From IMG/VR virus record IMGVR_UViG_3300025016_000004: 64,000 nt of DNA; one strand, given 5' to 3'. Of the stretch, positions 39,813-49,445 are shown piece after piece. Made by a program: the position numbers and the translations under genes. The notes under the pieces are model-generated. The model was given only the letters and a program-made list of their open reading frames with translations, had not been told where the DNA came from and made no database searches. How positions within the stretch are numbered: the first letter of the stretch is position 1; each line of letters starts with the position of its first letter. Origin of the DNA: a virus. Its lineage: Duplodnaviria > Caudoviricetes.

Positions 39813-39844
39813 AAAAAAATGTGAGCTTTTTAATAACTCACATT
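39813..39844 (-). terminator. Terminator-like hairpin immediately before the phoH start
   Basis: AATGTGAG / CTCACATT inverted repeat (39818-39844) followed on the minus strand by a T run and then ATG. Confidence 0.45.
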
Positions 39845-39882
39845 TAATATAATCACAAAAAATAAAAATTAAATAATAAAAG

Positions 39883-40875
39883 CTATATTTTAGCTTCTTT
39901 ATTTTCGTAGCGTTTTTCTAATTCAGCTAACTTGTACTTTTCGAATATGTTATCTCCATTTACTGTAACTTCAGCAATGAATTTAATTACATAGTGTCCG
40001 TTAAATTCAACGATTTTATCGAATTTTTTTACCTCATATTCATATTCTAAACCATCAATTGCACCTATGGTTTTATCAGTAATGAAACCAATCTTAGTAA
40101 TATCAAGTATATTTGAAGCTCTAGGGTTTTTTATAGCTTTTTTAATTTCACCTATTAAAAATTTGGTTTTCTTATCATATTCATCTTGGTAAGAAGATAC
40201 GTAAAATTCCAATAATTTTTCAGTTTCGTTGATATTTCTAACTAACAATTTTTTGGCATAATATTCAATTTCAAATTTCGGTCTAATATCCCTGTCCACA
40301 TATAGAGCCTTTTTTGATTGCATTGTGGACACCATATCATCAAAAGAAATCTCAGCCAACGTATTACCACTCCAAACATCCGCACCAACTAAATCAAACA
40401 TTATTTTACCATCAATAGGTGTATTATCACCTTTTGGGTTAAGTTTTAATTTATCGTTGCTGAAGGCTTCATAAGCTGATTTGGTGATGTCTTCATTCAT
40501 GACAACTAGCTCAACTGGATACGGGTCGAAGTTATCACGGGTTACTTTATCTAATTTATATTTCTCAATATTATAGGTTTCAACTATTGGTAATCCATCA
40601 GCATCATAACCAACTATTTTAGCTGTTTTATTTTTAGATTCACTTAAAACTTTATACAACCGCCATCTCAACTCTTTAACTTGTTGATTCGTTATCTGAT
40701 TTTTTAACCCATGTAATAATGTACCTTGGTCCTTTTCTATTATTAATCCAACACCTGACAAGTCGGAAGTTTTTGATTGAGATAATATCTTTTTATCAAA
40801 AACTGATAAACCAATCAAAAGCCCCATAATTTTATTTTTTATCCACGTCATATTTGTATTGCCATTTAAATCCAC
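39883..40875 (-). CDS. Hypothetical protein; N-terminus (to VKE) is a replacement segment behind the HE; likely start ATG 40851
   Basis: N-terminus aligns without gaps to the stub at 41643-41828; start overlaps the HE 3' end. Confidence 0.7.
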   Translation of the reverse strand: MDLNGNTNMTWIKNKIMGLLIGLSVFDKKILSQSKTSDLSGVGLIIEKDQGTLLHGLKNQITNQQVKELRWRLYKVLSESKNKTAKIVGYDADGLPIVETYNIEKYKLDKVTRDNFDPYPVELVVMNEDITKSAYEAFSNDKLKLNPKGDNTPIDGKIMFDLVGADVWSGNTLAEISFDDMVSTMQSKKALYVDRDIRPKFEIEYYAKKLLVRNINETEKLLEFYVSSYQDEYDKKTKFLIGEIKKAIKNPRASNILDITKIGFITDKTIGAIDGLEYEYEVKKFDKIVEFNGHYVIKFIAEVTVNGDNIFEKYKLAELEKRYENKEAKI

Positions 40876-41596
40876 CCGTTTTATTTCTTTTACCTAAACA
40901 AACCGCACTTATTTTACCTCTAATTATATTTAATTCTTTTTCAGCTTCCCCAGCGTGTGACCATAATTTAATTATTTCACCATCTAACCCAATTTGGTAG
41001 ACGTGTTTTCTTTTATTAGAAACTTCACCCTTTTTACTTTCACTTATTTTAGCCCTAACTACTTCACTAACTATTCTACCTGTTAATTTTTTTGATAGTT
41101 TTATTTTAGTTTCTTCTGATGTAACTCTCCCCATATTAGCTTTACTAATTTTTAATTTAGTTTCTTTGGACAATTTACTACCAGTTCTTAATTTTTTCAT
41201 TCTAATAGAAATCTCTTTTGAATATCTTTTAGCTAAATTCGACATTTTTTTCTTGGTTTCATCACTATGCTTATGCCCTATATTACCATGACCACCCTCA
41301 TTACAATTTAAACCAAACTTAAAACAATCATAATGTTTAATCCAATACTTTTCACGATTATTTAAATATTCTTTATTTACCCCACATAAACATTCTTCGA
41401 TTATTTCATAAGTATCAACAGGGTTCCATTTATGTTTTTCGCAACTAGCCCATAATTTTATTTGCGATTTAAAACCCCCCTTTTTATAATTATATTTTCT
41501 TTTTTTATTATTTATTGTTTGACCTATATAAATTTTACCGTTTGGGCTAGTTAATTTATAAATATAACCCTTTACATTTCTTAAATCTTTTTTCAT
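40832..41596 (-). CDS. Free-standing GIY-YIG homing endonuclease with NUMOD repeats
   Basis: GYIYKLTSPNGKIYIGQT; HSDETKKKMS-type repeats; KTGGFKWQY; ATG at 41596. Confidence 0.9.
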   Translation of the reverse strand: MKKDLRNVKGYIYKLTSPNGKIYIGQTINNKKRKYNYKKGGFKSQIKLWASCEKHKWNPVDTYEIIEECLCGVNKEYLNNREKYWIKHYDCFKFGLNCNEGGHGNIGHKHSDETKKKMSNLAKRYSKEISIRMKKLRTGSKLSKETKLKISKANMGRVTSEETKIKLSKKLTGRIVSEVVRAKISESKKGEVSNKRKHVYQIGLDGEIIKLWSHAGEAEKELNIIRGKISAVCLGKRNKTGGFKWQYKYDVDKK

Positions 41597-41642
41597 AAAC
41601 ACTATTTATTAATAAATATATAATTTTTAATAAAAGTGAAAA

Positions 41643-41828
41643 TTATTCTTTAACAGGCATCGTTATCTCACCTCGTAATAGAGCATCAGCTAACATGCCT
41701 TGTTGATATGTTTGTTCCATGGAACCAATATCACCCAAAGCGTCAGACTTTTGAGTTAGCATGCTCTTTTCAACCCTAGATAATGATAGGGATAGTAATG
41801 CGAATTTTCGTTTTAAGTAGTTAAGTAT
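41643..41828 (-). pseudogene. Displaced original 5' end (stub) of the 39883-40875 gene
   Basis: ILNYLKRKFALLSLSLSRVEKSMLTQKSDALGDIGSMEQTYQQGMLADALLRGEITMPVKE-stop; ends exactly at VKE, where the downstream gene reads VKELRWR. Confidence 0.75.
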
Positions 41829-43412
41829 TTATGTTCTTATATCTGGGTAATTATTATTAAACCAATCAATACTTTCTTTCAACCCATCACGTAATGAAGT
41901 GAATTCAAAATCTGGTAAGTATTTTTTAATTTTACTATTATCACTTGGTTTTCTATATTGTCCATCAGGTTTACTTGTATCCCAAATAACTTCACCATCA
42001 AATTCCATCAATTCAACTATCATATTAACAACTTCTCTTATTGAATGTTCAGTAGATGTGGTTAAAATAATGGGTTCATCTTCATCATAGTTATATAAAA
42101 CCCATTCAGCTAATTTTGCAACGTCTTTAACATATATAAATTCTCTTAAAGGTATTCCACTACCCCAAATAGTAAACGGAGTGTTGTCACGCTTAGCTAT
42201 ATAACATTTATGTATCAATGAAGGTATAACATGGCCATCTTCGATGTTAAAATCATCATTTGGGCCATAAATATTAGTCGGCACTACACACTTATAATTT
42301 AACCCATGTTGCTCCCTATAAGCTCTTATTTGGACTTCAGCCATACGTTTAGCATAACCATAACCATAATTAGATTCATGTGGAGGACCTAAATGTATTT
42401 TATCTTCAGTTAGGGGGTATTCAATTTTAGCTGGGAATATACATGTAGATAAAAAACAAACTAAATTTTTTACACCATGTTTTCTAGCCGCCTCAATAAC
42501 GTTGGTGTTAATCATTAAATTTTCATAAAAATAATCGCCCATATGTTTCATATTACCACCTAACCCACCAACTTTACCAGCACAGTGTATTACATTATTT
42601 ACTGGGTTAGTTTTAAAATATTCATCAACTGAATTTTTATCCATTAAGTCACATTCTGCTCTAGTTAACTTAATAGAATTGTTGGTAAATTGCGACCCAA
42701 CTAATCCGTTTGCCCCAGTGATTAATTTACTATTTAAAAAAGTAGATAATTTTTGGTGATGTTGGTCAATAACGTGTTCCATATTATCTGGGTATCTTCG
42801 CATTTGAATTAATTCAGCCTTTACGCTTTGGTGCGTTTCATCATTATTATTTCCAGTTACATCAAATCTATCATGAGATATGACAATTAATGGTTCTTTT
42901 ATTGTTAAACCTAAGCGTTTCCCCAATATATCTATCCATGAGTCACAAGCAGCAACTTGTGACCATGAGCCAGTCACTTCAAACCATTTTTTTGGGATTA
43001 TTGGAAATAACACACCTTGTTTTTCCCAAAATTCAATCATTGTGTCAACTTTTGGTGAAATAACACAAAATTTATTTTTATATTTTAATATTTCTAAATC
43101 CCAATGCACACTATTCATAATAGCATCATCATTCCATAATAATAAAAATTCTCCTGATGATTTAGTACTTAAATCATTATAATAATTATGTAACCCACGA
43201 TAAAATTGCCTTTCATAAAAAAAGAGTTTAACATTTGGTTTATCCATTGCATACTCTTTTATTTCATTTATAGAGTGAATATCATCATTATCTAAAGCAA
43301 CTAAAACCTCAAAATTATTAACATCACTACAACTTTCAAAAAGAGAATTAATTGATTTTTTAAATAGTTTACCTCTATTTCTTGTTGGTATTAAAACACT
43401 TACTTTATTCAT
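41829..43412 (-). CDS. fcl: Fusion of a GT2 glycosyltransferase with GDP-L-fucose synthase
   Basis: VSVLIPTRNR...LWNDD then LITGANGLVG, HCAGKVGG, LSTCIFP, GYGYAKR, PTNIYGPND, WGSGIPLREFIY. Confidence 0.88.
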   Translation of the reverse strand: MNKVSVLIPTRNRGKLFKKSINSLFESCSDVNNFEVLVALDNDDIHSINEIKEYAMDKPNVKLFFYERQFYRGLHNYYNDLSTKSSGEFLLLWNDDAIMNSVHWDLEILKYKNKFCVISPKVDTMIEFWEKQGVLFPIIPKKWFEVTGSWSQVAACDSWIDILGKRLGLTIKEPLIVISHDRFDVTGNNNDETHQSVKAELIQMRRYPDNMEHVIDQHHQKLSTFLNSKLITGANGLVGSQFTNNSIKLTRAECDLMDKNSVDEYFKTNPVNNVIHCAGKVGGLGGNMKHMGDYFYENLMINTNVIEAARKHGVKNLVCFLSTCIFPAKIEYPLTEDKIHLGPPHESNYGYGYAKRMAEVQIRAYREQHGLNYKCVVPTNIYGPNDDFNIEDGHVIPSLIHKCYIAKRDNTPFTIWGSGIPLREFIYVKDVAKLAEWVLYNYDEDEPIILTTSTEHSIREVVNMIVELMEFDGEVIWDTSKPDGQYRKPSDNSKIKKYLPDFEFTSLRDGLKESIDWFNNNYPDIRT

Positions 43413-44634
43413 TTTTATAATTTATTAATTTAAATTTAGGGCATGGTACTATAAAAGTCCCGCCATTTTTTAAATATTCATCTTCCCTAATGGTAAATTC
43501 ATTAATAAAATGCCATGGTAATACTAATAAATAATCAGGTTTAGTTTCTCTCATTTCTTTTTCAGAAAAAATAGGAATATTTGTGCCAACGGTTTTCAAC
43601 CCCCATTTTTGATGGTTTTTTTCAGCAATACCATCAATTAAAGAGTTATCTAGCTCAAAATATTGTAACAGGGTGTTTCCCTTGGTTGATGCACCATAAC
43701 CCCAAATAGACTTACCATTACTTTTTTCTGTTTTGATAAAACTAACCAGTTTATTTTTTAAACTTTCAATTTCATTAAAAAAATTAACCCACGTTTCTTT
43801 TTTATCTAAATTTAATGTTTTTTCATAATTTAATAATGAATTTACTCTAAATTTAGCAACATCTCTATATGGTTGTGTACCAAATTTACTTTTATCGGCT
43901 TCATTTTTCATTGCATAGACTCTAAATGACCCACCATTAACATCATTTAATTGAGCATCCATAATATCCAACCCACATTCTTTAAATAATTTTTCAATAT
44001 TGAATAATGAATAATAAAATATATGCTCATGGCATATATTATCAAACGCTAATTGTTTCAACATTAAAGGTGTATAGGATAATTGTATAACCCAAATACC
44101 ATCATCATCTAAAATTTCTTTTAAATCATTAATAAAATTTTTAGGAGTTTCCAAATCATAAAACATTGCTATTGTTGTAACAACTTTAGCTTTAAGATTT
44201 CCAAATCTACTTTTTTTAAAACCTTCAGCTGAAAAATAATCTTGTATTATTAAATCTGAATGTTCTTCAGCTTCAATTTTAAAGGAATCATCGCATGGGT
44301 CAATACCCACTCTTATTAAATTTTTTGGTACAAAACTTAATAATGTACCATCATTAGACGCAATATCTAACCAAATATCATTATCAGATAATTTTGTTAT
44401 TTTTAAAATAGAATTAACTATACTATTTAATTCATTTTTCATTGTATTATTAATCCCAGAACGATACCAATATTTACCATACATTTCATTAATTTTTGGT
44501 GGGTTGGCAATCTTTACAGCTGAACTTTCCTCATCAAACACCAAAGCTAATTCGTGTTTACCCCCTCTAGGTGTTTCACCTTCATTAATGAAGTCTGAAA
44601 TATATAAGTCGCCTAATGTTAACATTTTTTCCAT
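43405..44634 (-). CDS. NDP-sugar C-methyltransferase
   Basis: LDIASNDGTLL, MFYDL, ICHEH, NGGSFR, GYGASTKGNTLLQ, LPWHF. Confidence 0.8.
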   Translation of the reverse strand: MEKMLTLGDLYISDFINEGETPRGGKHELALVFDEESSAVKIANPPKINEMYGKYWYRSGINNTMKNELNSIVNSILKITKLSDNDIWLDIASNDGTLLSFVPKNLIRVGIDPCDDSFKIEAEEHSDLIIQDYFSAEGFKKSRFGNLKAKVVTTIAMFYDLETPKNFINDLKEILDDDGIWVIQLSYTPLMLKQLAFDNICHEHIFYYSLFNIEKLFKECGLDIMDAQLNDVNGGSFRVYAMKNEADKSKFGTQPYRDVAKFRVNSLLNYEKTLNLDKKETWVNFFNEIESLKNKLVSFIKTEKSNGKSIWGYGASTKGNTLLQYFELDNSLIDGIAEKNHQKWGLKTVGTNIPIFSEKEMRETKPDYLLVLPWHFINEFTIREDEYLKNGGTFIVPCPKFKLINYKNE

Positions 44635-44637
44635 ATT

Positions 44638-45684
44638 TTATTTATAATAATTCATCCAATATTCTATCATTTCATCAATCATAGTTTCAAAGGTATATTT
44701 AGGATTCCATCCTAAGTTATTTTTAATTTTAGAAGAATCACCTTTTAAATCTCTTAATTCTTCTGGCCTTAAGAATTTAATGTCTTGTTTCACATAATCT
44801 TTGTAATCCAAACCTAATTTGTTAAATGTATATTCACATAGGTCTCTAACTGAATGTGATATACCTGTTGAACAGACATAATCTTCTGGTGTTTCTGATT
44901 GTAACATTAACCACATAGCTTCAACATAATCTTTTGCATGACCCCAATCTCTGGTAGCTTCTAAATTACCTAAATTTAATTCACTTTGTAATCCACCTTT
45001 TATCCTTACGGCAGCTTTAACAACTTTGTTAGTTACAAAATTAGTCCCCCTTCTAGGTGATTCATGATTGAATAAAATTCCATTCCATATTTTCATACCA
45101 TAAGAATTTCTATAATTCCTACAGATATTGTAACCATACACCTTAGCGCACCCATAAGGGCTTACTGGTGACATTGGTGTTGTTTCTCTCTGATAACCAT
45201 CTTCATCTATATTATTACCAAACATTTCAGAAGAACTTGCTTGGTATATTTTAGAATCTGGTGATACCATTCTAACAGCTTCCAATAAATTTAAAATTCC
45301 TAAACCTACAACACTTGTGGTATAGATTGGTTGGTCAAAACTAACTCTAACATGTGATTGAGCGGCCAAGTTATATATTTCATCTGGTTTACATAAAAGC
45401 AACACTCTAACCAAAGATGCCATATCGGTCATGTCAGCATATTCCAATTTAATTAATTTATTTACCCTTAATTTTTCAATTCTAGTTGATTGGGTTTCAG
45501 CCACAGAATTTCTTTTAACAATTCCCCAAACTTCATAACCCTTCTCTATTAAAAACTCAGCTAAATATGAACCATCTTGCCCATTTATGCCCGTGATTAA
45601 TACGATTTTTTTACGTTCATTCAAGATAGGTTGTATATCATCTTCAGTATAATAATCATGTTCACTAATTATATCTTTTTTCAT
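44638..45684 (-). CDS. gmd: GDP-mannose 4,6-dehydratase
   Basis: ITGINGQDGSYL, YNLAAQSHV, QASSSEMFG, PYGCAK, FNHESPRRG, LGNLEATRDWGHA. Confidence 0.95.
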   Translation of the reverse strand: MKKDIISEHDYYTEDDIQPILNERKKIVLITGINGQDGSYLAEFLIEKGYEVWGIVKRNSVAETQSTRIEKLRVNKLIKLEYADMTDMASLVRVLLLCKPDEIYNLAAQSHVRVSFDQPIYTTSVVGLGILNLLEAVRMVSPDSKIYQASSSEMFGNNIDEDGYQRETTPMSPVSPYGCAKVYGYNICRNYRNSYGMKIWNGILFNHESPRRGTNFVTNKVVKAAVRIKGGLQSELNLGNLEATRDWGHAKDYVEAMWLMLQSETPEDYVCSTGISHSVRDLCEYTFNKLGLDYKDYVKQDIKFLRPEELRDLKGDSSKIKNNLGWNPKYTFETMIDEMIEYWMNYYK

Positions 45685-45688
45685 TATA

Positions 45689-46348
45689 TCAATTTTTTAT
45701 TTTATAATTTGGGTTGAAAATATAACATTCTAACCTCTCTATCATCCAAGGGCCTGTAATATCATTTGTTAATAAATCAATGATTTTTTTGTAAAACTCA
45801 CGAGGTCTTAGTTTAATTTGCTCTTTTGTTATAGCAAAATGTCCACCTGGCATAAATTCATACCTATTCGGTGGTCTACCTTCAAATAAAATTTCCCAAT
45901 ATGAATCAACATTAATATTTGGATTATTATCATGCGGGTATCCGTTACTATGACATATTAAGACGCTTCCATTACCAAATTGTATGGATTGATGTAACGG
46001 CCAAGCACTACCAAAAGTGTTATTATGAAATCCATAATAACCACCAAAATTTAATGACACTGTATTTTTAATATCATTAACGTCACCATTTAATACATTT
46101 AATAGATTACCCCAATGGTCAAATGGGAAATCCTGAACAAAAAAAGTATAATCACTTAATTTATCGTAATTAGTGTAGATATGGTAAAAAAATGAATGGA
46201 CGCATCGCCCCATATTAGGTTCAATTAATGTTTCCACTCTATTAGAAGTTTTATCACCTTTTCGATAGATACTAACTAATATATTATCATTAACTTCATC
46301 AACCCAACCTAAATCTTTATCATATGCTGCAATTACTAATTCTTTCAT
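45689..46348 (-). CDS. DUF3431-like protein
   Basis: LVIAAYDKDLGW, NMGR, YHIYTNYDKL, TFFVQ. Confidence 0.65.
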   Translation of the reverse strand: MKELVIAAYDKDLGWVDEVNDNILVSIYRKGDKTSNRVETLIEPNMGRCVHSFFYHIYTNYDKLSDYTFFVQDFPFDHWGNLLNVLNGDVNDIKNTVSLNFGGYYGFHNNTFGSAWPLHQSIQFGNGSVLICHSNGYPHDNNPNINVDSYWEILFEGRPPNRYEFMPGGHFAITKEQIKLRPREFYKKIIDLLTNDITGPWMIERLECYIFNPNYKIKN

Positions 46349-47181
46349 TTAAACAAATGTTTATATTTTTCTTTATTATTTAAAATATATTCGGGTAAAC
46401 TATTCTCATCAATCACTGACCCCGCTTCTCTACCCTTCATATAACCAATAGTATATATTGGGTGTTTAAAGCTATTAATTTTATTAATTATACCACCTAA
46501 TGCATTAAAATGCCAACCACCATCTTCAATATAAATTGATTCAGTTTTTCTGATTGTTCTTAAATGATTTAAACAACTTTCTTTTACGTTTTTATAAGTG
46601 GTAACTATCGGCCCAGTAAATGGGTTTGAAGCTACAGTCCACTTTTCTGATGTTTTCACATTTAGATAATTAATATAACAGTTAGTAATCATCGGTTTAT
46701 ACACCTTATATTTAGTATTATATTTTTCAGCTAAATGTGGGTTATTAGGGATATCTTCAACGTTTATAGTTAAATTATAATTCCATATTTCATCTACATC
46801 TGAAATATAACAAATATCTTCGTCATGTAAAGATGTTAGAGCATTTTTAATTAATTCTTTTTGGTAGAATTCTTTTAACCAACATAAAATATCACGACTA
46901 ACATTATCACTATTACATGCTAAATTAAATGCATGTTGGTCACAATCTTTATCATTAAAATCTTTTGGTGTGTCAGTAATGACATAATGAATTATTTTAT
47001 GAGCAAACTCCTTAAACCTTTCTTTATTAAGTTCGTAATAAAGTGGTTTCGGAACACCACTAAAAGTTTCAGTAGCTTCTACGATAACGAAATAATCGAC
47101 ATAATCATTTAAAATATTTAATCTTATTTCAAGCATATCTAATTCATCGTTAAAAGTGAAGATATCGTATTTTAAGGCCAT
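46345..47181 (-). CDS. GT17-like glycosyltransferase
   Basis: FNDELDMLEIRLNIL, VEATETFSG, SDVDEI, GGWHF. Confidence 0.8.
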   Translation of the reverse strand: MALKYDIFTFNDELDMLEIRLNILNDYVDYFVIVEATETFSGVPKPLYYELNKERFKEFAHKIIHYVITDTPKDFNDKDCDQHAFNLACNSDNVSRDILCWLKEFYQKELIKNALTSLHDEDICYISDVDEIWNYNLTINVEDIPNNPHLAEKYNTKYKVYKPMITNCYINYLNVKTSEKWTVASNPFTGPIVTTYKNVKESCLNHLRTIRKTESIYIEDGGWHFNALGGIINKINSFKHPIYTIGYMKGREAGSVIDENSLPEYILNNKEKYKHLFK

Positions 47182-48068
47182 AAGTGTTTATTTTTTATTT
47201 TATATTCTTCAAATTCACTTATACACTCGTCATAAGTAAATAATTTATTTTCTCTATCAATATAGTTATGGTTTCTAAAAATATTATACCCACAACTCCA
47301 ATATCCATCTGAGATGTTGTGACGACCCCAATATTTAGGTGCTAAAAGATATTTTATAGTATCACTAGTTAATGTAGCAAAATATGGGAAACTAGAATTA
47401 GAAACTATCAAATAATGCGCATTTTTAACAATTGAATAGTCTGTACCAATATCAAAATGACGTACTTTAAAGTTAGGGAAAAATTGAGATGCTCTCACGA
47501 CATCATCCGTAATTACTATAAACTCAAAATTTGGGTTTATCTTTAACATCCTATTAACAGCGTCATTCCAATAATTTTTATTTAAATAAAATTGTGGATG
47601 GTTGGCCCACTCACCACCTCTAAAATTAATTACACAAATATTTTCATTAGAATAATCAAAACAATCTTTTTCAGGTTTAACTCTTAACCATTCTTTTATT
47701 TCTTCTTTTCTATGGATTATTCTATTTTCTGATTGAAAATATCCATCTAATTTAGTATTATCTGTTATTTCTTCTAATAATGGGTCATCAATTCTAATTT
47801 CACTCCCATTAGGGTGTGTGATAGCTCTTTCTCTAAAATAATTTGTTATACCATTTGGTAATGTTGTTGGTGGCGCACCTTCAGCTGGGCTACTACCACC
47901 AATTACTTCCAGACCAAAATCTAAATCCATAAAATCTAAACATTTAAATTTATGTGGATTCATTATTCCAAAATCATAACCTTTGTCTAATGCAACTACT
48001 CTAGTTGTTACATAACAAGCTAATTGATTACCCAAACCTTGGCCATTATATATTTCTGTTACTATCAT
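47172..48068 (-). CDS. GT11-like (alpha-1,2-fucosyltransferase family)
   Basis: GQGLGNQL, DGYFQSE, INFRGG, SNSSF. Confidence 0.8.
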   Translation of the reverse strand: MIVTEIYNGQGLGNQLACYVTTRVVALDKGYDFGIMNPHKFKCLDFMDLDFGLEVIGGSSPAEGAPPTTLPNGITNYFRERAITHPNGSEIRIDDPLLEEITDNTKLDGYFQSENRIIHRKEEIKEWLRVKPEKDCFDYSNENICVINFRGGEWANHPQFYLNKNYWNDAVNRMLKINPNFEFIVITDDVVRASQFFPNFKVRHFDIGTDYSIVKNAHYLIVSNSSFPYFATLTSDTIKYLLAPKYWGRHNISDGYWSCGYNIFRNHNYIDRENKLFTYDECISEFEEYKIKNKHLWP

Positions 48069-48759
48069 ATCTAGCGTTTACTATTTGATGTTCTTTATTT
48101 TTAACTTCCATAGGTGTTGTACTAGATAATCCTGTCCCATGAGTTCTATTAACGTAGGTTGGTTTATCTATAATGTATGGTCCCCCATGTTTATCAAACA
48201 TTTTTTTATAATGGTCAACATCAACCAACCAATTTAAAGTTTCATCAAAAGGTATTATATCTTCGTTTCTTAATGTCATTCCAGATGGGCATCCCATAGT
48301 ATTATTACCTGTCCATATTAAATCATTCCATCTTGGTACAAAATACCTATAAAAATCAGTACCAGTATTGCTATGATAAAATGTTGTCATAGCCCATTTA
48401 ATATCAGGTTGTGATTCTAACTCATCGGCTTGTATTTGTAATGAATTTTCATCATATAAAAAATCATCTTGAAATAATATTTTTATCCATTTACCCGTAC
48501 AACTACGCATAGCTACATTAAGGTTGGGTGAGATAAACCCACGACCTTGTTCATTCGAAACATAAACAATATTTAAATCGTATTTACTATACATTGATAG
48601 TACGTCAACTATGGTATTATCAGTGCTATGGTCAGAAATAACCACTTCGAAATTTTTAAATGTTTGCTTTTTTAATATATCTAAATTAAAGATAAGAAAT
48701 TCAGCACCTTTCCCAGCATATCCAAAGGCTGGTATTGCTATTGAGAAAAATGGTTTCAT
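48046..48759 (-). CDS. Glycosyltransferase family 2
   Basis: FSIAIPAF, VVISDHSTD, ILFQDD. Confidence 0.82.
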   Translation of the reverse strand: MKPFFSIAIPAFGYAGKGAEFLIFNLDILKKQTFKNFEVVISDHSTDNTIVDVLSMYSKYDLNIVYVSNEQGRGFISPNLNVAMRSCTGKWIKILFQDDFLYDENSLQIQADELESQPDIKWAMTTFYHSNTGTDFYRYFVPRWNDLIWTGNNTMGCPSGMTLRNEDIIPFDETLNWLVDVDHYKKMFDKHGGPYIIDKPTYVNRTHGTGLSSTTPMEVKNKEHQIVNARYDSNRNI

Positions 48760-49445
48760 AATAAATCTTTTTTAAGCTTATCTACGTTCATTGTTGTGTT
48801 TGTTGGTACATTATTGGGTGCCCAAGCCGTACCGACATCTTTAGTCTCTTTAGCCAACTCAAACATAGTTTTAGTTTCAGTCCCAACATTATAAACACCA
48901 TTTAAATCCTTATTAACCATTTTAATTATAAGGTCAGCTATGACATCAACATAATCAAAATTACCTGTTTGGTTTGTCCATGCGTTATCATATGGGAACG
49001 GCCTTGGTTTATGTGTACACCTACAAATCAAATAATCGTTTGACTCTAATTGTACTAAACCATCGGCTAATAATTTTGTATAGCCATACCAAGTATTACA
49101 ATGAACAGGTACGTTATTTTCAGACGCATTTTCTACTGAGTCAGCATATAAATAATCAGTTGATATATGAACCAACTTAATTCTAAAAGCATTACAATAT
49201 TTTATTAATCTATTAACAAAAACGTAATTAGTATTCCAATGAGATTCTCTATCTTCAGAATACGTGTCAGTATTTGCTATGCAATTAATAATAACATTTG
49301 GTTCGTAATCTAATTTAAATAATTCTCTTATATTATTAATATCAAACCCATCTTTTTTTCTGGAAAAATATTCCCACCCAGTTTGTTTAACAATTTCTGA
49401 ACCTAATAATCCATCCCCTAAAATTAATACTTTTAATTCACCCAT
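48756..49445 (-). CDS. RmlD-like NDP-sugar reductase
   Basis: ILGDGLLG, HISTDY, WYGYTK. Confidence 0.75.
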   Translation of the reverse strand: MGELKVLILGDGLLGSEIVKQTGWEYFSRKKDGFDINNIRELFKLDYEPNVIINCIANTDTYSEDRESHWNTNYVFVNRLIKYCNAFRIKLVHISTDYLYADSVENASENNVPVHCNTWYGYTKLLADGLVQLESNDYLICRCTHKPRPFPYDNAWTNQTGNFDYVDVIADLIIKMVNKDLNGVYNVGTETKTMFELAKETKDVGTAWAPNNVPTNTTMNVDKLKKDLL

